From: Antedon mediterranea
Lineage: Eukaryota; Animalia; Echinodermata
Assembly: GCF_964355755.1 (NCBI RefSeq)
Contig: NC_092670.1
Location: forward strand, 11,642,795-11,706,794
Reading direction: 5' to 3'
Length of the DNA stretch: 64,000 nucleotides
Under the pieces are notes generated by a model, which saw only the letters and a program-made list of their open reading frames with translations, did no database searches and was not told the DNA's origin. Positions 35,726 to 49,800 of the stretch are shown here, piece after piece; the first letter of the stretch is position 1, and every line of letters starts with the position of its first letter. The translations under genes and the position numbers were made by a program.

Positions 35726-36062
35726 AGCTTGGTTCCCACTAGAACGTAACGCAAGGACGTAAACGCAACGCAAGCGAATTGACCAATCACAAGCTTATTC
35801 GCTTGTGATTGCTAACTGTCTATAACTTCGCCTGTCATTGGTTAAAACGCTTGCGTTGCGTTTACGTCCTTGCGTTACGTTCTAGTGGGAAGAACCAAGC
35901 TTTATGCTTGATTCCTCTGAGACGCAACGCAAGCACGTACGCGCAACAGAGTGAGTTTACCATTCACAAGCGATTGATTATTCGAACTGTCATTAATTTG
36001 TCATTGGTCCACGATCGCTTGAGTTTTCGTCCTTGTATTGCGTATCTAGTGGGAACCAAGCT
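35726..36062. mobile_element. Two abutting MITE family B copies (35726-35901 young; 35905-36062 older)
   Basis: AGCTTGGTTCCCACTAGAACGTAACGCAAGGACGTAAACGCAACGCAAGCG TIR with its inverted partner. Only the older copy exists at the paralogous site (48697-48842). Confidence 0.8.
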
Positions 36063-39000
36063 TAATCACCGAAGTTTTAAGAATTGAATGATAAACCGAA
36101 TTTAATTAAAACATCATATGACCAGCAGGTGTTATGTAGTTTATCACATTCAAAAGAGAAGAGCACACTTGTGTTGCTCATGTGCCCAACATATTGTAAT
36201 AACGTTCTCGATCTATAGCACGGTTAATTAATTGTCAACGCATCATATTGCGTTGGCAGGAATCACCTACATCGTAGTAGGTTACATTGCGTGCGAATTG
36301 CGCGGAAGATGAATTGAAACCTAAGTTTAATTTAATTTCATTGATAGATTAAAAATACACTGGGTACAATAAAAACATACAAACTTTATCTAAATTTATT
36401 GAAAAATAACTCTATTTCGGGGAAAAATTGTTTAACCTAAATTCGTTTTTAATCGTTACTAATTCTCTAGCTAAACTCAATTGTTGAACAGGTTTACATT
36501 TGGTGGTTAAAATCTGTGAGTAAATCTATTGATTGACCAGTTGGTCTACCAACTATGATTCCAATATTTCTTGTTCGACTACTTATGAATGATATAGTGT
36601 TGTGTGTGTCGCTCCTCAACTCTAACTTTATCACAATAAATACAAACAATTGATTCTCTTTATTAGATTTGATTGATAACAGGCTCGAGGTCGCTGAAGT
36701 AAAAACTAGTTCAGAGGAAGATATTGAAAGTGCAGAAAAATGTGGCGAAAGTGTTACTGATACTGAATCGAGTCCAATCATTGATTTTCTGTGCCAGAAA
36801 GGAACCAGAGGTCGATATGTGTTCATATGGAATCCTAGACATGAATATTTACATATTTGCGAGATGCGTGTATATAACGAATACCAACCTGAAATAAGTA
36901 GGTTTAAATGCGGTATTATATTTTTTAATTCACAAAATAATCCATATTTACAGGTAGTCGTTCACATGTAGGCTCAGGTTAAGTTTTATTTCAATTCATA
37001 TCGTTTATTTTGTCAGTACAGATAAACATATAAACAAAACATAGCAAAATCCGCGACGGTGTCAGGAATAAACAAAAGTAAACTGAATTGCTGGTACTAC
37101 ACATTTTCTCCGCCGTGACGGGTGACCAAAAAAACAATTAATTAGTCATATAAATATAAAAATACAAAGATATGCAATACAAAGATAACAAATAGGCCTA
37201 TATAAATATAATATATACAAAGTTAAAATGTAAAAAAGCAAAATTTGCACCAAGTGGTTGCGTTTTGGCAGTGAAGACTAAAAAGGTGTTGGAGTATATT
37301 ATGGATACTGTTATCGGTGCAAACATGCATTTAAAGGTGCCTTTCATTTTAATATTCGATATTAGGTGTTTATTTTGTTTGTACTACGTCTGTACAACTA
37401 ATGTTTGGATTGGCCTGTAATAGATTTATAGATTTATGACGTTGTACAACGTCGACAGTCGTTGTTTAAAAGTACGTGTAACAAAAAAAAAAAACGATTC
37501 AAAACCTAATAATATTATTTGGAACCACCTGATGAATTTATTTACTGCTTGATACATTTAAGCATTATATAATAATTTACCATTTATTAGTTTCTATCAA
37601 TGGTAAAGCAATATGTCACACAATTTGCATCATCTTTATTATAAATGTGGAATTTAAATTATATTTTATGGAAGATGTAATGATAATCTTATAGATGATG
37701 AATGCAGAGTTACTGAATCTGGTGAAGACTATCGAGGTATTGTGGCCATCACTAAGAACGGTCGAGTTTGTCAAGAATGGTCGTCAAATACTCCACACTC
37801 TCATCCTGTTATACAAGATCCAGATAAAGGAATTGGTGATCATAATCTGTGCAGGAACCCGGATGGCAAAGCAGGAGGACCGTGGTGTTATACCAACGAT
37901 GTAGATATTGAATGGGAATATTGTGACGTTGGTGAAGTTAATGAATACTGTCCACTTGGTATGTTTCTACGATTCTTCAATTTTGCGTGTAATGGCACCT
38001 ATATGACACTACATGCTGGTGTGCTCTTTTAGGCCTAGCGGCAGCGACATTCTGTGTTGCACACCTTGTTAACCTCTGCTACTTCTACTCACTACGCCTG
38101 TAGTTTACTGTAACAATTCATTTCCTTGCTACTGTTTGCTACAATCTCACTACAATTGCTACATCTGAAATGTGATGCTTTTCAATACTTGCTACTACCG
38201 CCACCAATGCTATTATATTTACTGCTATACCACTATTAACTATTTCTATAATACATAAGTTCATGCATGCTATAATACACAAGTTCTCCAACATGAACGA
38301 TTCTGTTGCTGGTGCCAATGACGAGCTTAGCTTGGTGGTTAACGTGCTTGTTATCAAATGTACAAGGTTCAATCTTGACCTACTGCCAGGGTTGTAACTC
38401 GACATGACTCTTTCCATTATACATTCCTAAACCTAAAATAAGATATAGCATATAAGTACGATGAATGTATCCATCCTTTACTGTGCGCGTTTAAATTAAT
38501 GAAAAAAAAAGAATTAAGATCGTTTCTGAAACTACACTTTTCGCTTTTCAGATTCAGAAAATATTCCAAACCCTATAGGAATAGTAGCACTGAATTATAC
38601 AGCGTTACTATCATCAGACCAATACAGACCATTCAACAAAATACCAGGTTGTCCAACCACGGCGTTTACAACAGACGTCTTTACCAGCCAATCTTTCACT
38701 TTATGTTTTCACTTTTACTCTGACTACAACTCGGTCGGGGACATTGTACGTCTTGGTTACAATGATAACTACTTTACTATTACACAAACCGTGTCAGACA
38801 AGCAGTTTTATCATTCTGAGGTAACGGTTAACTACAAAGATGATGTACTGACTCGAGCTTTCGTCTTACAACAAAACGTCTGGACTTTCATTGGTGTGAC
38901 TTTCGATGGAAAGAACAAAAACATAAAACTCTGGAGGAATGGAGAAATTGCGAGTATTGGATATACGTCGTTCACGAATTTGGAATTTGAACATGAAGAT

Positions 39001-40700
39001 ATTGCACTCAAGACGTTTAGTGAGTTTAGTAACACCAATTTAGCTATGGTGCAAGTCTACGATGAAGTGCTCAATGAAGTGGCAATGAAAGCGGCAAGAG
39101 ATCTTCAGTTTAATAGTAAGTATAGGCCTATTTATAGTAATTGAAAGCTTTGGTTGCTGCATAAATTATCTTTGTGTAAATGCGCTATATAAATGATAAT
39201 GTTAATTTGCTATTCATTTAACCTCTTCATTAACCTAATTTAACCTCTATTAAAATAACCAATGTAGTGAAGCTGTAGTTTTAAGGTAAACATGCTTGCT
39301 ATCCAATTCCAAGGTTGAGGGTTCAATCCCGACCTAGTAACAAGGATGCACTCCTCCTATTCAACCCTCAAGCCTCATCAATTGAGTAATATTTTACTGT
39401 TGAATTTGTAATGAAGGAAAGACAAAGACTATGAGGATTTCTAATCTTTGTTGTATTTTTTTTTTAAAGAATTGAATTTTCGCCAACAAGATATATTTAG
39501 GAGAATCGATGGAAACGAGCGTGTTCAAGGTCAAACAATTTCTGAGCACACTTGTCAGTCTATAATTAATTGCTCTCACTTGTGTCTTGGCAATGTTTTC
39601 TGCGAAGGCTTTTGGTATTACACAGACACATGCACATTGTTGGGATGTGTTCAAATCTCAACAGGAAAAGAAGAGGAAATACTTGGTACATACTACGCGA
39701 TTATTTAAAAAAGATTATTATTATTCAAGGTATATTTATTCAATCAAAGAAATCATACAGGCAGCCAAAGGCTGAAATGAGTACAATTGTACAGATATAA
39801 AAACTTTAAAACTAATGTACATTATATAGTAATCAAACATTAAAAAACACGTAACATCTAGAAAAAACATTAAAAGCATAAAAAAGACAACTATGAAAAT
39901 GTTGTAAAATTAGCATTCAACGCAAATACAAATTTAAGATTTTTAGAACAAAATCATGTTTATTGCAGCATTTTTCTGAAATGTACTAAGTTATAGTAGT
40001 ATTATATAATAATTAACAATGCTGCTTATTGTTTATTAATGTTGCAAAAAATGAATGGAATATTACAAATTTTAATAAATGTAAACTGTGAATTAAACTA
40101 GACTAAACATAAACAGTATGCATACGGTAAACATAGGCCTAATAAATTAAGCCTATAGGTTTAGAGTACTAGTATTTTATGTTTTTTAACAATTATTCAC
40201 ATTTATAAATAGAAACATTAACTAATTATGTATCGTTATTAATGATTGCGCTCTCTTGAATTACTGCGCATAACTTTTTTTGGTAAATTTAAATTGCCTG
40301 TAGGCTATATTATGCTTATATATTTGCCGTTTCGTCTTTTAACTTTGCGAGTGGGTAGGGAATATTAGTGCAGCTTGGATCATAACAGTATAGTGTAAAC
40401 TTTCGAATAATGTGATCGAAAATGATTGTGATACGAATCGCCGTTAAAAATCTTAATCAAACAAGACAGTTGAGTTGAGAAATATCACAAACGGTATTGT
40501 AAAGCCAACCTGTTAATTACATTATATTACTCTATTTCTTCAAGCTGTATGTGTATTGAAAGTAGTCCACGTATGTTGTAAAGCAAGTATCATCTTTATA
40601 TTAAGACCAGTTTTAATGCACCCTTGTTTCCCGTTAGTTGTCCTTTCAATTGTAAATACGTTGTTGCACATTTTGACTCTGGTGCTTCATCTACACCCAA

Positions 40701-41464
40701 TAGCCTGGATGCAGAACAGTTAATATACACATTTGCGGGAAAAAAGTATAGGAAATTTTTTTTTTTGGTTTTTTCTGATAGAGTATACCATAATATAGAA
40801 TGTCAGAAAAAAATCCCCATCTTGGGGAAAATTTTTTACGGCACTTTTAAATTTTGGCCTATATAACACACACAAATTCCTATTTTTAACACACACAAAT
40901 ACCTATATAGGGGATAGGGAAAATCAATTAACGGGTTTTGTTACTTGCAGTTGTGTTTAATGATTACAATTAGTATAGGCTTACTTTAATAACTACTTCT
41001 TATAGTAGTTGATGAATCAAGTCGATACGACCAGAATCCAATATGGTGTCCAATTTGGCGGGAAAAACAGGGTATTGCTAAACCCCGCAAACCCTCGCAA
41101 ACCTCCAAAAAAACATAGAAAACCCCACCGAACCAGTATAAAAGTGATTGAATCATGTAGTGTACGACCCACTGGGTATATGAAATATTATATTTATACT
41201 GTTAACTACTTATTTTGGGGATAAACATCATTTTTTGGTTAAAAATTAGCAATCATTTTTTTACCCCAAAAATAAGTAGTTAGCAGTAGAAATTTAATTT
41301 GTTTTTTACATGGACATACCCAGTGTGTTGTACACTACAACATTTTCCCAAGACCCTGGGATGGGGATTTTTTCTGACATTCTATATGGTATACTCTATC
41401 AGAAAAAAATTAAAACAATTTTCCTATACTTTTTTTCCGCAAAATTTGTACTGTACCCAGGCTA
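40701..41464. mobile_element. Non-autonomous DNA transposon with ~125-bp TIRs (Academ-like termini)
   Basis: CAA|TAGCCTGG...CCAGGCTA|CAA (3-bp TSD). Long imperfect TIRs (TTCTGATAGAGTATACCATA..TAGAATGTCAGAAAAAAATCCCCATC) and a second internal inverted pair at ~41158-41222 / 41263-41338. Confidence 0.7.
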
Positions 41465-41649
41465 CAACCCCAGTGTAGCCTCGTTATGAGCTTCAACAGA
41501 ATCAATTCACCAAGTACCATTGCTTAGTATTATATGGAAAAGTCCAGTGTTGTAAATCACGTTGATCATGTGTTTTGTAAATCACGTTGGTCGTGAACGG
41601 AAAAGTCCACGTGATTTGTATTACGTTAAGGAACGACGTGAAGTTATTT

Positions 41650-42068
41650 TAATCTCTGTATAATGTCACTGATCATATCGTAATAAATTCTATAGTTATC
41701 CTGACTCCCTCACATTTAAAAATCATGCTATGCTCTTACAAACTCACTCAAACCTTCGCCTATACATCGTCTCCCTGTGCTTTGGTCTTCCCTTCGTTCC
41801 TCTCGTCTGTCCTTTCTTTTCTTTCTGTTTTCCTCAGGCAGTTAAAACAACATTTTACTGATTCTTAATTCGAATCCGGTGTGCTTTCTTTTTCCTCTTT
41901 TTCTGGTTTTAAAATGTTTTTAAATCAATGTTTTTGAACTGTATATTGATTTTAATTTTATGTAGTTAAGTTCTTCTGGGACCCCAGACATTTCATAATA
42001 TGGTGACTCTGTTGCTTTTGGTTTCCCAGGACATGATATCGAATAAATAAATGAAAATAAAATGAAAT
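41650..42068 (+). mobile_element. LINE 3'-end fragment
   Basis: T-rich 3' UTR ending AATAAATAAATGAAAATAAAATGAAA; it interrupts a TGTAAATCACGTTGATC repeat tract (41547-41640 and 42068-42145). Confidence 0.45.
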
Positions 42069-42323
42069 TACGTTGATCTTAAATAGAAAATCCAAGTGTG
42101 TTGTAAATCACGTTGATCTTGATCGGAAAAATCCACGTGTTTTATAAATGGAAACAAACTCTTAGCCTCAGCCTTTTTTTGGTGTAATAGCATTCCCATA
42201 CCCCAGTTGATCCAGACAAACAAATTAAACGTGGCAAAGAAAAGCGAGAGAAACTTAATAATGTGCTTGTGCTAACAAGTAAAATAAATACTATTCATCA
42301 TAACTATTACTTATTAATTCTAA

Positions 42324-43285
42324 AGCCTAGTCTATACTATACTTGCAAACTTAATCAAACATAATGTTGCCTAGTCTACAATGGCAAACCTTTGTTTGTT
42401 TGTCAAAAAAGAAAACCGTTTTTATGGTTTAGAGTTTAGACCAGACCAGTTGACAAACTGCAGAAGTCTAGTTTGCAAGCCCCGAGTTTGTAAACGAACA
42501 TTTGGTAATGTTTGCTAGTGTAAACTAGGCTTTAGAATTAATACACCAAGAACAAATTTAGGTTTGTAAATTAAGTTTGCTAGTGTGGATTAATAGCTTT
42601 TAAGTTTCAAAAACAATTGGTCTAAACTACTTGTCTTCAAACTCGATGTTTACTAAGTGTAGACTATAGACCTATAACTGGTGGTCTACAGTAGCAAACT
42701 TGTCTTGATTAACTGGTTTGAAAAACAAATGTTCACTAAGTATGGACCGGGCCTAGGCTTAACCAGGTTTCTGTAGTTTCTGAATCAACTGGTCTACACT
42801 AGCAAACTTGTCTTGCCAAACTCGTTTGAAAACGAATGTTTACTAAGACTTAGATCAAACGAGCTTGGCAAGACAAGTTTGGACTAGGCCTATAGGATTA
42901 ACTCGTTCAAATCAGTAGGTTTTTAGAATTATGCATAAAAGTAGGCTAGAGTATATTTATGCGACATCTTTTACAATTGGTTGTTTGATCTAATAACTGA
43001 AACGTTTCATTACGATTAAATGTAGGCCTACATTCTGTAATAATAATTACAAACACGAGTCCATTCCTTTGTATATCGTATAGGGTTAACTCGTGCAAAT
43101 CAGTAGGTTTTTGCAGTTTTCTGAAACAACTGTTCTACAGTAGCAAACTTGTCTTGTCAAACTCGTATGAAAACGAATTTTTACTAGGACTATGGACTAG
43201 GCCTTAGCTTAACTTGTGCAAACCAGGGTTCAGAAGCAGCAAAGTTTACCAAACTTTGAGTTTGCAAACTAAGTTTGCTATTGTG
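42324..43285. repeat. Cluster of degenerate Harbinger-like MITE ends in alternating orientation
   Basis: Recurrent GTCTACACTAGCAAACTTGTCTTG and inverse GTTTGCTAGTGTA(A/G)ACTAGGC motifs, roughly ten times. Confidence 0.6.
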
Positions 43286-43804
43286 TATAGAAGGTTTTAT
43301 TCACTATTATGTACTGTTTCTTGTTGTCCTTACTTTGATTTTACCATTAAAATATACAATGAAATATTGATTTTATGTGCATAATTGTTTGATTACAAGC
43401 ACGACAGGCCTCCTACAGGCTCTACATTATTAAGCGATTAATTCATTTAGTCAAAGCTTTTATACATTTTGTATATTACGAATGCACATTGAACATTTCG
43501 AAGAAAGAATTGTATGCGCTTGCGTATTCTATTATATATACTTTTTAAGAGGTGAATTCAAGGCTGTTTTTGACTGTTATTTTAAATTCGAACATTGGTT
43601 AAGCATTTTATCACGTCACAAGCAGTAGATGAAAATATGAATACGCATGCGCTTTAGTCAACGATTTCCAATTCGTGTGAATCTTGAAAAGATTTATAAC
43701 TTTGCTTTTCATGGTTACTAATGTATAAACGGGTTAGTATTTCCATCGGGTGTTAAGAACAAGTATTTTATTTGTGATTCAACCAGCAACAAACAGACAC
43801 CAAA

Positions 43805-46800
43805 ATGAAACTTTGCGTGTTATGTGTGATTTTGTCTCTTTTGAAAGTTGGCGAATCTGGTGAGTAGGCTATCTTTCATTTCATACATAATTAATAATAA
43901 AATTGTAAGAATAATAGTGTGTTTTATGTGCCGTTTGTAATTCAACAACAGTGATAAGAAAGGAAGAAGATTTTGTTTTCAATGTAAAAATTGCCGCGCT
44001 TATTCGAACTACTTTCTGTGAATAAGTATTTTTAAAATGGGTGTTTTAAAATGCCAAGGACACAATCCTACATAAAATAAGAACAAAACAAATCTATAGA
44101 ACATTTACAAATTGGCAAATTAGGAGTATATTTGAAGTTGAGAAAATACTTTATAATGTTACACTAAATTTTATAATGAAAATTGTTCACAATGCTATTT
44201 TAGAAACAAGGGTTTAGCGCTTAAAAAAAGATAAATAATTGGAGATATTGGGAACCGTAACTCAAATCCCAAATCTTGTAAATAGTCCGGTACACCGGGG
44301 TAACCCAGCCCCTATACTCATCTAGAACGACTTTAAAGAGCACACGAGCATTTCTGTAGGCCAAACACTCTGATGGTTTATAATCTTTATCCAAGGAGAC
44401 TCGTTCTACCACCAGAACCATGAAGCGAGTGAGCATCGAAACCTTACCATATGAGGCTGTGGAAAACGGTTCCACGTATTAAACCCCACTCCTCCACTCT
44501 CTCCTGCACTCACTCACTCTCCCAATCACTCATCTTATCACTTTTCTTAAATAACCATTCATTTTTATCTAGAGTTAACTAGTTATTGAAAATAAAATAT
44601 TCTATATCAATTGCTGGACCTTTAAGACTTATCAGCGGTCAGAGGTCATCGGACACAACAAAACGATAAACGGTTTCGGATTTAACAAAGCATCGGACAA
44701 AACTCTAGAAATTATGGTACCTTAGGGTACACGTTTTTAGAAGTAGGCATCAAAGTAGGCTAGAGTGTATTTATGCGATATCTTGCACAATTGGTTGTTT
44801 GATCTAATAATTGAAACATTACATTACGATTAATGTACATTGTGTAATAATAATTAAAAGCATGAGCATATTTCCTTCGTAGCCTATAAACGTAGGTCGA
44901 TTTTACATATGAATATATTTCTAAATCGGAAAAGAAATGTAGGATCATTATCTTTTAACTGTTACGACCAAGAATATTTTGTTTTTAATGTCAAAATTGC
45001 CTCCCTTAGGCCTATTAGAACTAATACTTTTAGTATTTACATAAATGTTTTAAAATGCCATGGACAAAATCCTACATAAAATAAGAATAAAACAAATCAA
45101 TAGAACATTTACAAATTGGCAAATTAAGATTACGTCACGTATTTTTCGATAATACATTTGACGTAAATAACGTTATACTAAATGTTATACTGAAAATGGT
45201 TCACAGTGCAATTTTAGAAACAAGGGTTTAGTGCAATAAAAAGACATGAAATAAAAGGAGAGCGAATGAAAGTTAATATTGTACCGTAACTCAAATCCGA
45301 AATGTTGTAAATAGTAGGCCTACACCGGGGTAACCCCAGCTGCCCCTATACTCATCTAAAAAAACTTTAAAGTGTATATGCGCATTTTGTGGGCCTACAC
45401 TCTGGACCTACGGTTTATAATCTTTATCCGAAGAGACTCGTTCTACCAAACCAGAACCATGAAGCGAGTGAGCATTGAAACCTTGCCATAAGATGTGGAA
45501 ATAAATGTCTTAACCGCACGCCCAATATGTTACCCATTGCATTATTATGGAGTTGAAACTAGTTATTGAAAATAAAGTATTCTATAGTATTACTGGACCT
45601 TTAAGATTCAGAGGTCATTAACGAGGAGGACACAAAGAAACGATTAATGAAAGCACCAAGCAAAACTCTGGAGATTAAGCCTTAGGGCACTCGTTTTTAG
45701 AATTATGCATCAGAGTAGGCAAGAGTACGGTAGCTAGTAAAATTTGTTGTTTGGTCTAATAATTGAAACGTTACATTACGATTGTATATAAATTATGTAA
45801 TAATAATTACAAGCACGAGTACATTTCCTTCGTACCTTAAACTTTGATTGATTTTCGATATGAACAGATTTCTAAATCGGAAAAGGATCATTATCTTTTA
45901 ACTGTTACGACTAAGCTTATATATCTGGACCTCCCGGTATGAATACCATGGAGGAAGAATCTCCTCAAAATGCTATGTTAACAGTTGGTCTGGCTGGTCT
46001 TGATGACGTTTGTCATCTCTGTAAATTATATGGCTTTCGTAGTACAAAACCATTTCAGATTCAGATTCAGATAATATTTATTTAGATAATAATGAATGAA
46101 TATATACAAAATAGAAAAAAGATATTAAAGTGAACATAGATAAAACAGTAATTGGTAGTCATTATTACCATGGATCCCTTCTAGAAGTTAAAAACTTGTC
46201 TCGTAGGGACCCATAACAAAACACATTACTAAAAAAATAAAAATAACCTAGAATATATAATTATATAATTTAGGATAAAAAATTACAGTATAATAACATA
46301 ACTAACATCTTCTTTATACAAATTATTTAAATTATATTTCAATAGTTTCATGATAATTATAAATGAAATAACTACCGATATTGGTAAATGAAAAAAAAAT
46401 ATGTATACATAAATTATAATTCCAGTATATATATAGTATATACTATATATACATTATATATAGTATAGATTAAAGATTGCAATAATAAACAACAACTAAT
46501 ATTTTGTGTAAGACATAAATAGTGAGTATAAATAATGATAATAAGCATATTAACTAAGCAGTATAATATTTAGATATATAATGATTCTTTAACTTTTTTC
46601 GGAAAGTAAATAATGATATTGACGTTTTGATATTTGGTGGGATATGATTCCACAAATTAGGACCTGATATAGTTATAAAAAATTTAGTTTTTGTAAGTCT
46701 AGCAAAAGGAATGTTTAAATGAGAAGTTCTTAAATTGTAATTGTGAAATTTGGTATGTTTACAGAGCATATCAATCATAGAAATAGGAAGTTGGTTTTTA

Positions 46801-49800
46801 AAATAATTAAACATAAAACTGGCAACTTGAACATTGTGGATATCCGTTAATTTTAATATACCAAGACGTTTAAAAAGGGGTTCAGATGAGGTTCTATATG
46901 GTGAAAAAGTAATAATTCTAGCTGCACGTTTTTGTAATTTAGTTAATCTAGCAATATTAGAAGAGTAATCTGCAGCCCAAATAATGTTACAATACTGGAA
47001 ACAAGGAAGTACAAGTGTGTTATAAAGAGAAATTAAAATATTTAGAGGGAAGAAGTGCTTAAGTCTGTTAATAATACTAATAGATCTTGATATTTTTTTC
47101 GAAACGTAATTTTGATGACTGGTCCATTTGAGGTTTTCATGAATATATACACCTAAAAAAAGTGTTTCAGTTTTGCGTTCAATTTGAATTCCGCCAAGAA
47201 GTATATTTAGGTCATCAACTTTTAGTTTACGTTGAGAATTGTGAAAAATTAAATAATTTGTTTTAAGAGTATTAATAAGTAATTTGTATTTTTATTTATT
47301 TATTTCAAAAACCTCCCGAAAGAGAAGCATAAGCTACAAATGTTTAAAATACAAGAATTAAATGTTTAAAAAGTTGTAATAGTCTACACATATCTATCAA
47401 CATCGTTAAAAAATATAAAGTACTTTACACTATCACAGATTCCATGACCAATACAGTATAGTTAAATATGATTTAACATGCCAGTGATACTTTAAAATAA
47501 AAAATAGTTTTAATAAAAGAAAAAAATAATAAATAAATAAATAAATAAACAATTAAATAAAAAAATAAAAACAGTTTTTATAACTTAAACCAATCGATTT
47601 TGTCGTGCAATTTAGAGAGTTTATTGCAGTGAATTAAGTTAAGTGAAGACACGAATACAAAATAGTATTTTACTGTATTTATAACGTTTTATGAAGAAAA
47701 TTACAACATTCTTTCTATTTTTAAAGTTAAAAGATTGGAGGACAAATTCATTGCAACGCAACGCGTATCATTTCAATATAGACGTATTTCAGTTGGTTAT
47801 CACTACAATTTCATTTTTCCCTGCCTGTTACAATTAAGTGACATTAAGAAACATCCGATTTCTAAACGTGTTAAAAAAATCAATTAAACTACGTGTTCAT
47901 TATTTCAGCTTATCTCTCCTTCAAGAAACCCACGTCATCTAAATCAGGTAATTCTGAAGAGGCAACTGATGGCAAAGACGGTATTGAGGAAGGCTGCACG
48001 CACTCAGTCCACGGTAGGCTTAATTACATGTACATCTATTTATTTGAGAAAAGTTCAGTTTATTCGATGATCATCCCCAATTGATATTGCATTTTTAGAA
48101 TATATATTTTTAGATAGTTTCTTACTGACACCTCCCCAAAGACACGGGGAATTGATGCGGACACCCGTGTCTGGAAAAGAGTTCGCTTACGGAGTGTCCA
48201 CTTATACGAGTAGTTGGATAGAAGATCCACACTTTTTAACGAAGTGTGACCGAACCTCTCTTTTCTAGGTTATTATATTAATATACTCAGAGAAGAGTTA
48301 AACTACTGTAATTTCATTCTTCCCTGATATATTTATATTCCATAAAAGGCTGTACTCGAAAACAACTCGATCCCTTCTGAAGTCTCGGTAGAAACAAACA
48401 ATATTGAAGAGGCAAATAAACCTATGCCTGTACTAGAATGCATGATTAATAGATCTCTCTTTGAAATTTCTCCTTCTTCAACCACCCACTTATTCTGTCT
48501 TAACTCTGGTTCATATCACTTTACTTCCATTAAAAACAATCCGGATCGATCATTTCATTTCATTTTATTTGTTTACAGGAAGCACATCTTCAGGTGAATG
48601 GTTAAGAGTAGATTTGGAAAAAGAGTATAACATAACAAGAGTGACAGTAATCAACCGCGTTGAATATGAAAACCATCGTAAGTAGGATTGTCTCTAATGC
48701 TTTATTACTCTGAGACGCAACACAAGCACGTACGCGCAACAAAGTGGGTTTACCATTCACAAGCGATAGATTATTCGAACTGTCGCTTGTCATTGGTCCA
48801 CGATCGCTTGAGAGTTTACGTCCTTGTAGTAGGAACCAAGCTTAATCACCGACGTTGTAAGAATCGAATGATAAACCGAATTTAATTAAAACGTCATATG
48901 ACCAGCTGAATTCAAAATGTAGGATTTTTATCTCTTTTAGTGTTATGTAGTTTATCACATTCAAAAGAGCACACTTTTGTTGCTCAACAATTGTAATATA
49001 ACGTTCTATATCTATAGAGTGGTTAATTAATTGTTAACGAATCATACGTTTGCAGGAATCACCTACATAGTCGTGGGTTACATTGCGTGTGAATTGCGCC
49101 CTCAACTCGAACTTTATCACAGTAAATTAAAACAATCAATTAATTATTGATTACTCTTTATTAGATTTTGTTGATAACAGGCTTGAAGGCGCTGAAGTAA
49201 AAACAAGTTCAGAAGAAGATATTGAAAGTGCAGAAAAATGTGGCGAAAGTGTTACTGATACTGAATCGAGCCCAATCATTGATTTTCTGTGCCAGAAAGG
49301 AACCAGAGGTCGATATGTGTTCATATGGAATCCTAGAAAAGAATATTTGCATATTTGTGAGATGCGTGTATATAACGAGGACGAACCTAAAATAAGTATG
49401 TTTAAAAAATGCGAAATTGTATTTTTTTAATTAACAAAATAATAAACAAAAGGCCATAATACAATGTTATTCGATTATCGGCAACTTTTACTAATACAAC
49501 ATCACATGTGTTTCACATGTATTTTATTATTGTATATAAAACACTTAACCTCACCTAACCTTACTTAATACAAGCACCACATATGATACAAATGAAATGT
49601 TCTATTACCAAATATTCCTATGGTACTGGGCAAAATGCAGTATGTATGAAAATGGTTGCGTTATTTGCAACGAAGCTCATAGGCATTATACAGTATAGGG
49701 AGAAGCAGTTGCTATTCAACGTATGTTGAATAGTGGTAATATCCAAACAAGTTTAGAGTTTACGAATTTTCTTTTCTGTTTATAAGTTTATTAATATGGA

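Larger units (their letters stand above)
29537..39708 (+). pseudogene. Paralogue 1 of the secreted F-type lectin/kringle/LamG/PAN gene, disrupted
   Basis: Exons 29537-29594, 34938-35042, 35608-35706, 36667-36897, 37695-37958, 38552-39115, 39470-39708. In-frame TAA at 34973-34975 (TCA in copies 2 and 3). The exon-3 donor reads GAAGTAGG (35707) versus GTAAGTAGG in copy 2. Confidence 0.8.

Noticed and set aside
37695-37958. Calling the kringle genes plasminogen, HGF or apolipoprotein(a)
   Set aside because: Single kringle with RNPDGK rather than the acidic lysine-binding pair, no serine-protease exon, and a different domain order.
39263-39395. tRNA gene candidates (also 19976-20077, 23110-23172, 38323-38420, 52578-52665)
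   Set aside because: A/B-box-like heads without a complete cloverleaf, followed by a shared non-tRNA body; these are SINEs.
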